DNA of 64,000 bases. It comes from an uncultured cyanobacterium. GTDB taxonomy: Bacteria; Cyanobacteriota; Cyanobacteriia; Cyanobacteriales; Cyanobacteriaceae. Where the stretch lies: positions 704,001 to 768,000 of the forward strand of contig CAVQBA010000004.1 of NCBI GenBank assembly GCA_963710605.1. The letters are read 5' to 3'. The first letter of the stretch is position 1, and every line of letters begins with the position of its first letter. A program made the position numbers and the translations under genes. Below the pieces are notes generated by a model. The model saw only the letters and a program-made list of their open reading frames with translations, made no database searches and was not told where the DNA came from. Shown here piece by piece: positions 63,599 to 64,000 of the stretch.

Positions 63599-63750
63599 GT
63601 TTACTTCCTGATAATCAGTTTTCTTAAAAGTGCATATTTTCTGATGATGGATAGGATAAACAAAATGAGTAGGGGTTTATGGCATAAACCCAATGCCAAT
63701 TTATAATTAATTATCTAAGAAGAAATCTAAGGATGAATAATGAGTGAAAA

Positions 63751-64000
63751 TTATCCTTCTCTTTGTTCTAAAATAAATTGAGCAATAGTTAAATCGATCG
63801 GTGTTGTCACTTTTAAATTAGTTTCTTCTCCTTCCACAATCTGCACCGCAAAACCACATTTTTCGAGTAAAGCCGCATCATCAGTCACTTGCCAACCTTG
63901 AGCTAAACCTTGATTGTGACATTTTTTAAGTAACTCAACCTGAAAACCTTGAGGTGTTTGTGCCGCCCAAAGATTATCTCTGACAGGTGTATCAACAATG
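63751..64000 (-). CDS. ispD: 2-C-methyl-D-erythritol 4-phosphate cytidylyltransferase, 3' part (runs off the window)
   Basis: own translation DTPVRDNLWAAQTPQGF...VTDDAALLE...VEGEETNLKVTTPIDL...EQREG*. Confidence 0.93.
   Translation of the reverse strand, partial: IVDTPVRDNLWAAQTPQGFQVELLKKCHNQGLAQGWQVTDDAALLEKCGFAVQIVEGEETNLKVTTPIDLTIAQFILEQREG

Overview
AT-rich chromosomal segment of a cyanobacterium (psbA, psaM, ndhV, pxcA, PSRP-3, mgdA; very dense CGATCG/HIP1-type palindromes). A Geminocystis/Cyanobacterium-like unicellular strain is inferred, not proven. Most of the window is housekeeping, photosynthesis, cofactor and transport genes. No rRNA, tRNA, CRISPR array or intact transposase was seen. 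The interesting signal lies between the ORFs: (1) a decayed integron at ~24.1-24.95 kb (35-codon IntI N-terminal remnant, attI-like GTTAGCC core, McrA-like HNH nuclease cassette whose attC is replaced by a REP-like doublet); (2) a 139-bp transposase-free IS200/IS605 right-end/omegaRNA-like element at 5846-5984, bounded by TTGAT and TTCAA; (3) three toxin-antitoxin or gene fragments cut off at repeats (hicA tail before an intact hicB, a phd/yefM stub, a 5'-truncated ORF); (4) several miniature repeat families, one with compensatory base changes, some nested in TATAG...CTATA MITE-like frames; (5) a GAAA-tetraloop hairpin in the psbA leader. Five genes (hemL, aroA, cobI, two hypotheticals) carry single-base frameshifts that are most likely assembly indels. 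psaM, ispD, an MGMT pseudogene and the intI, hicA and phd fragments are absent from the supplied ORF track. All protein calls are by eye from motifs; no searches were run.
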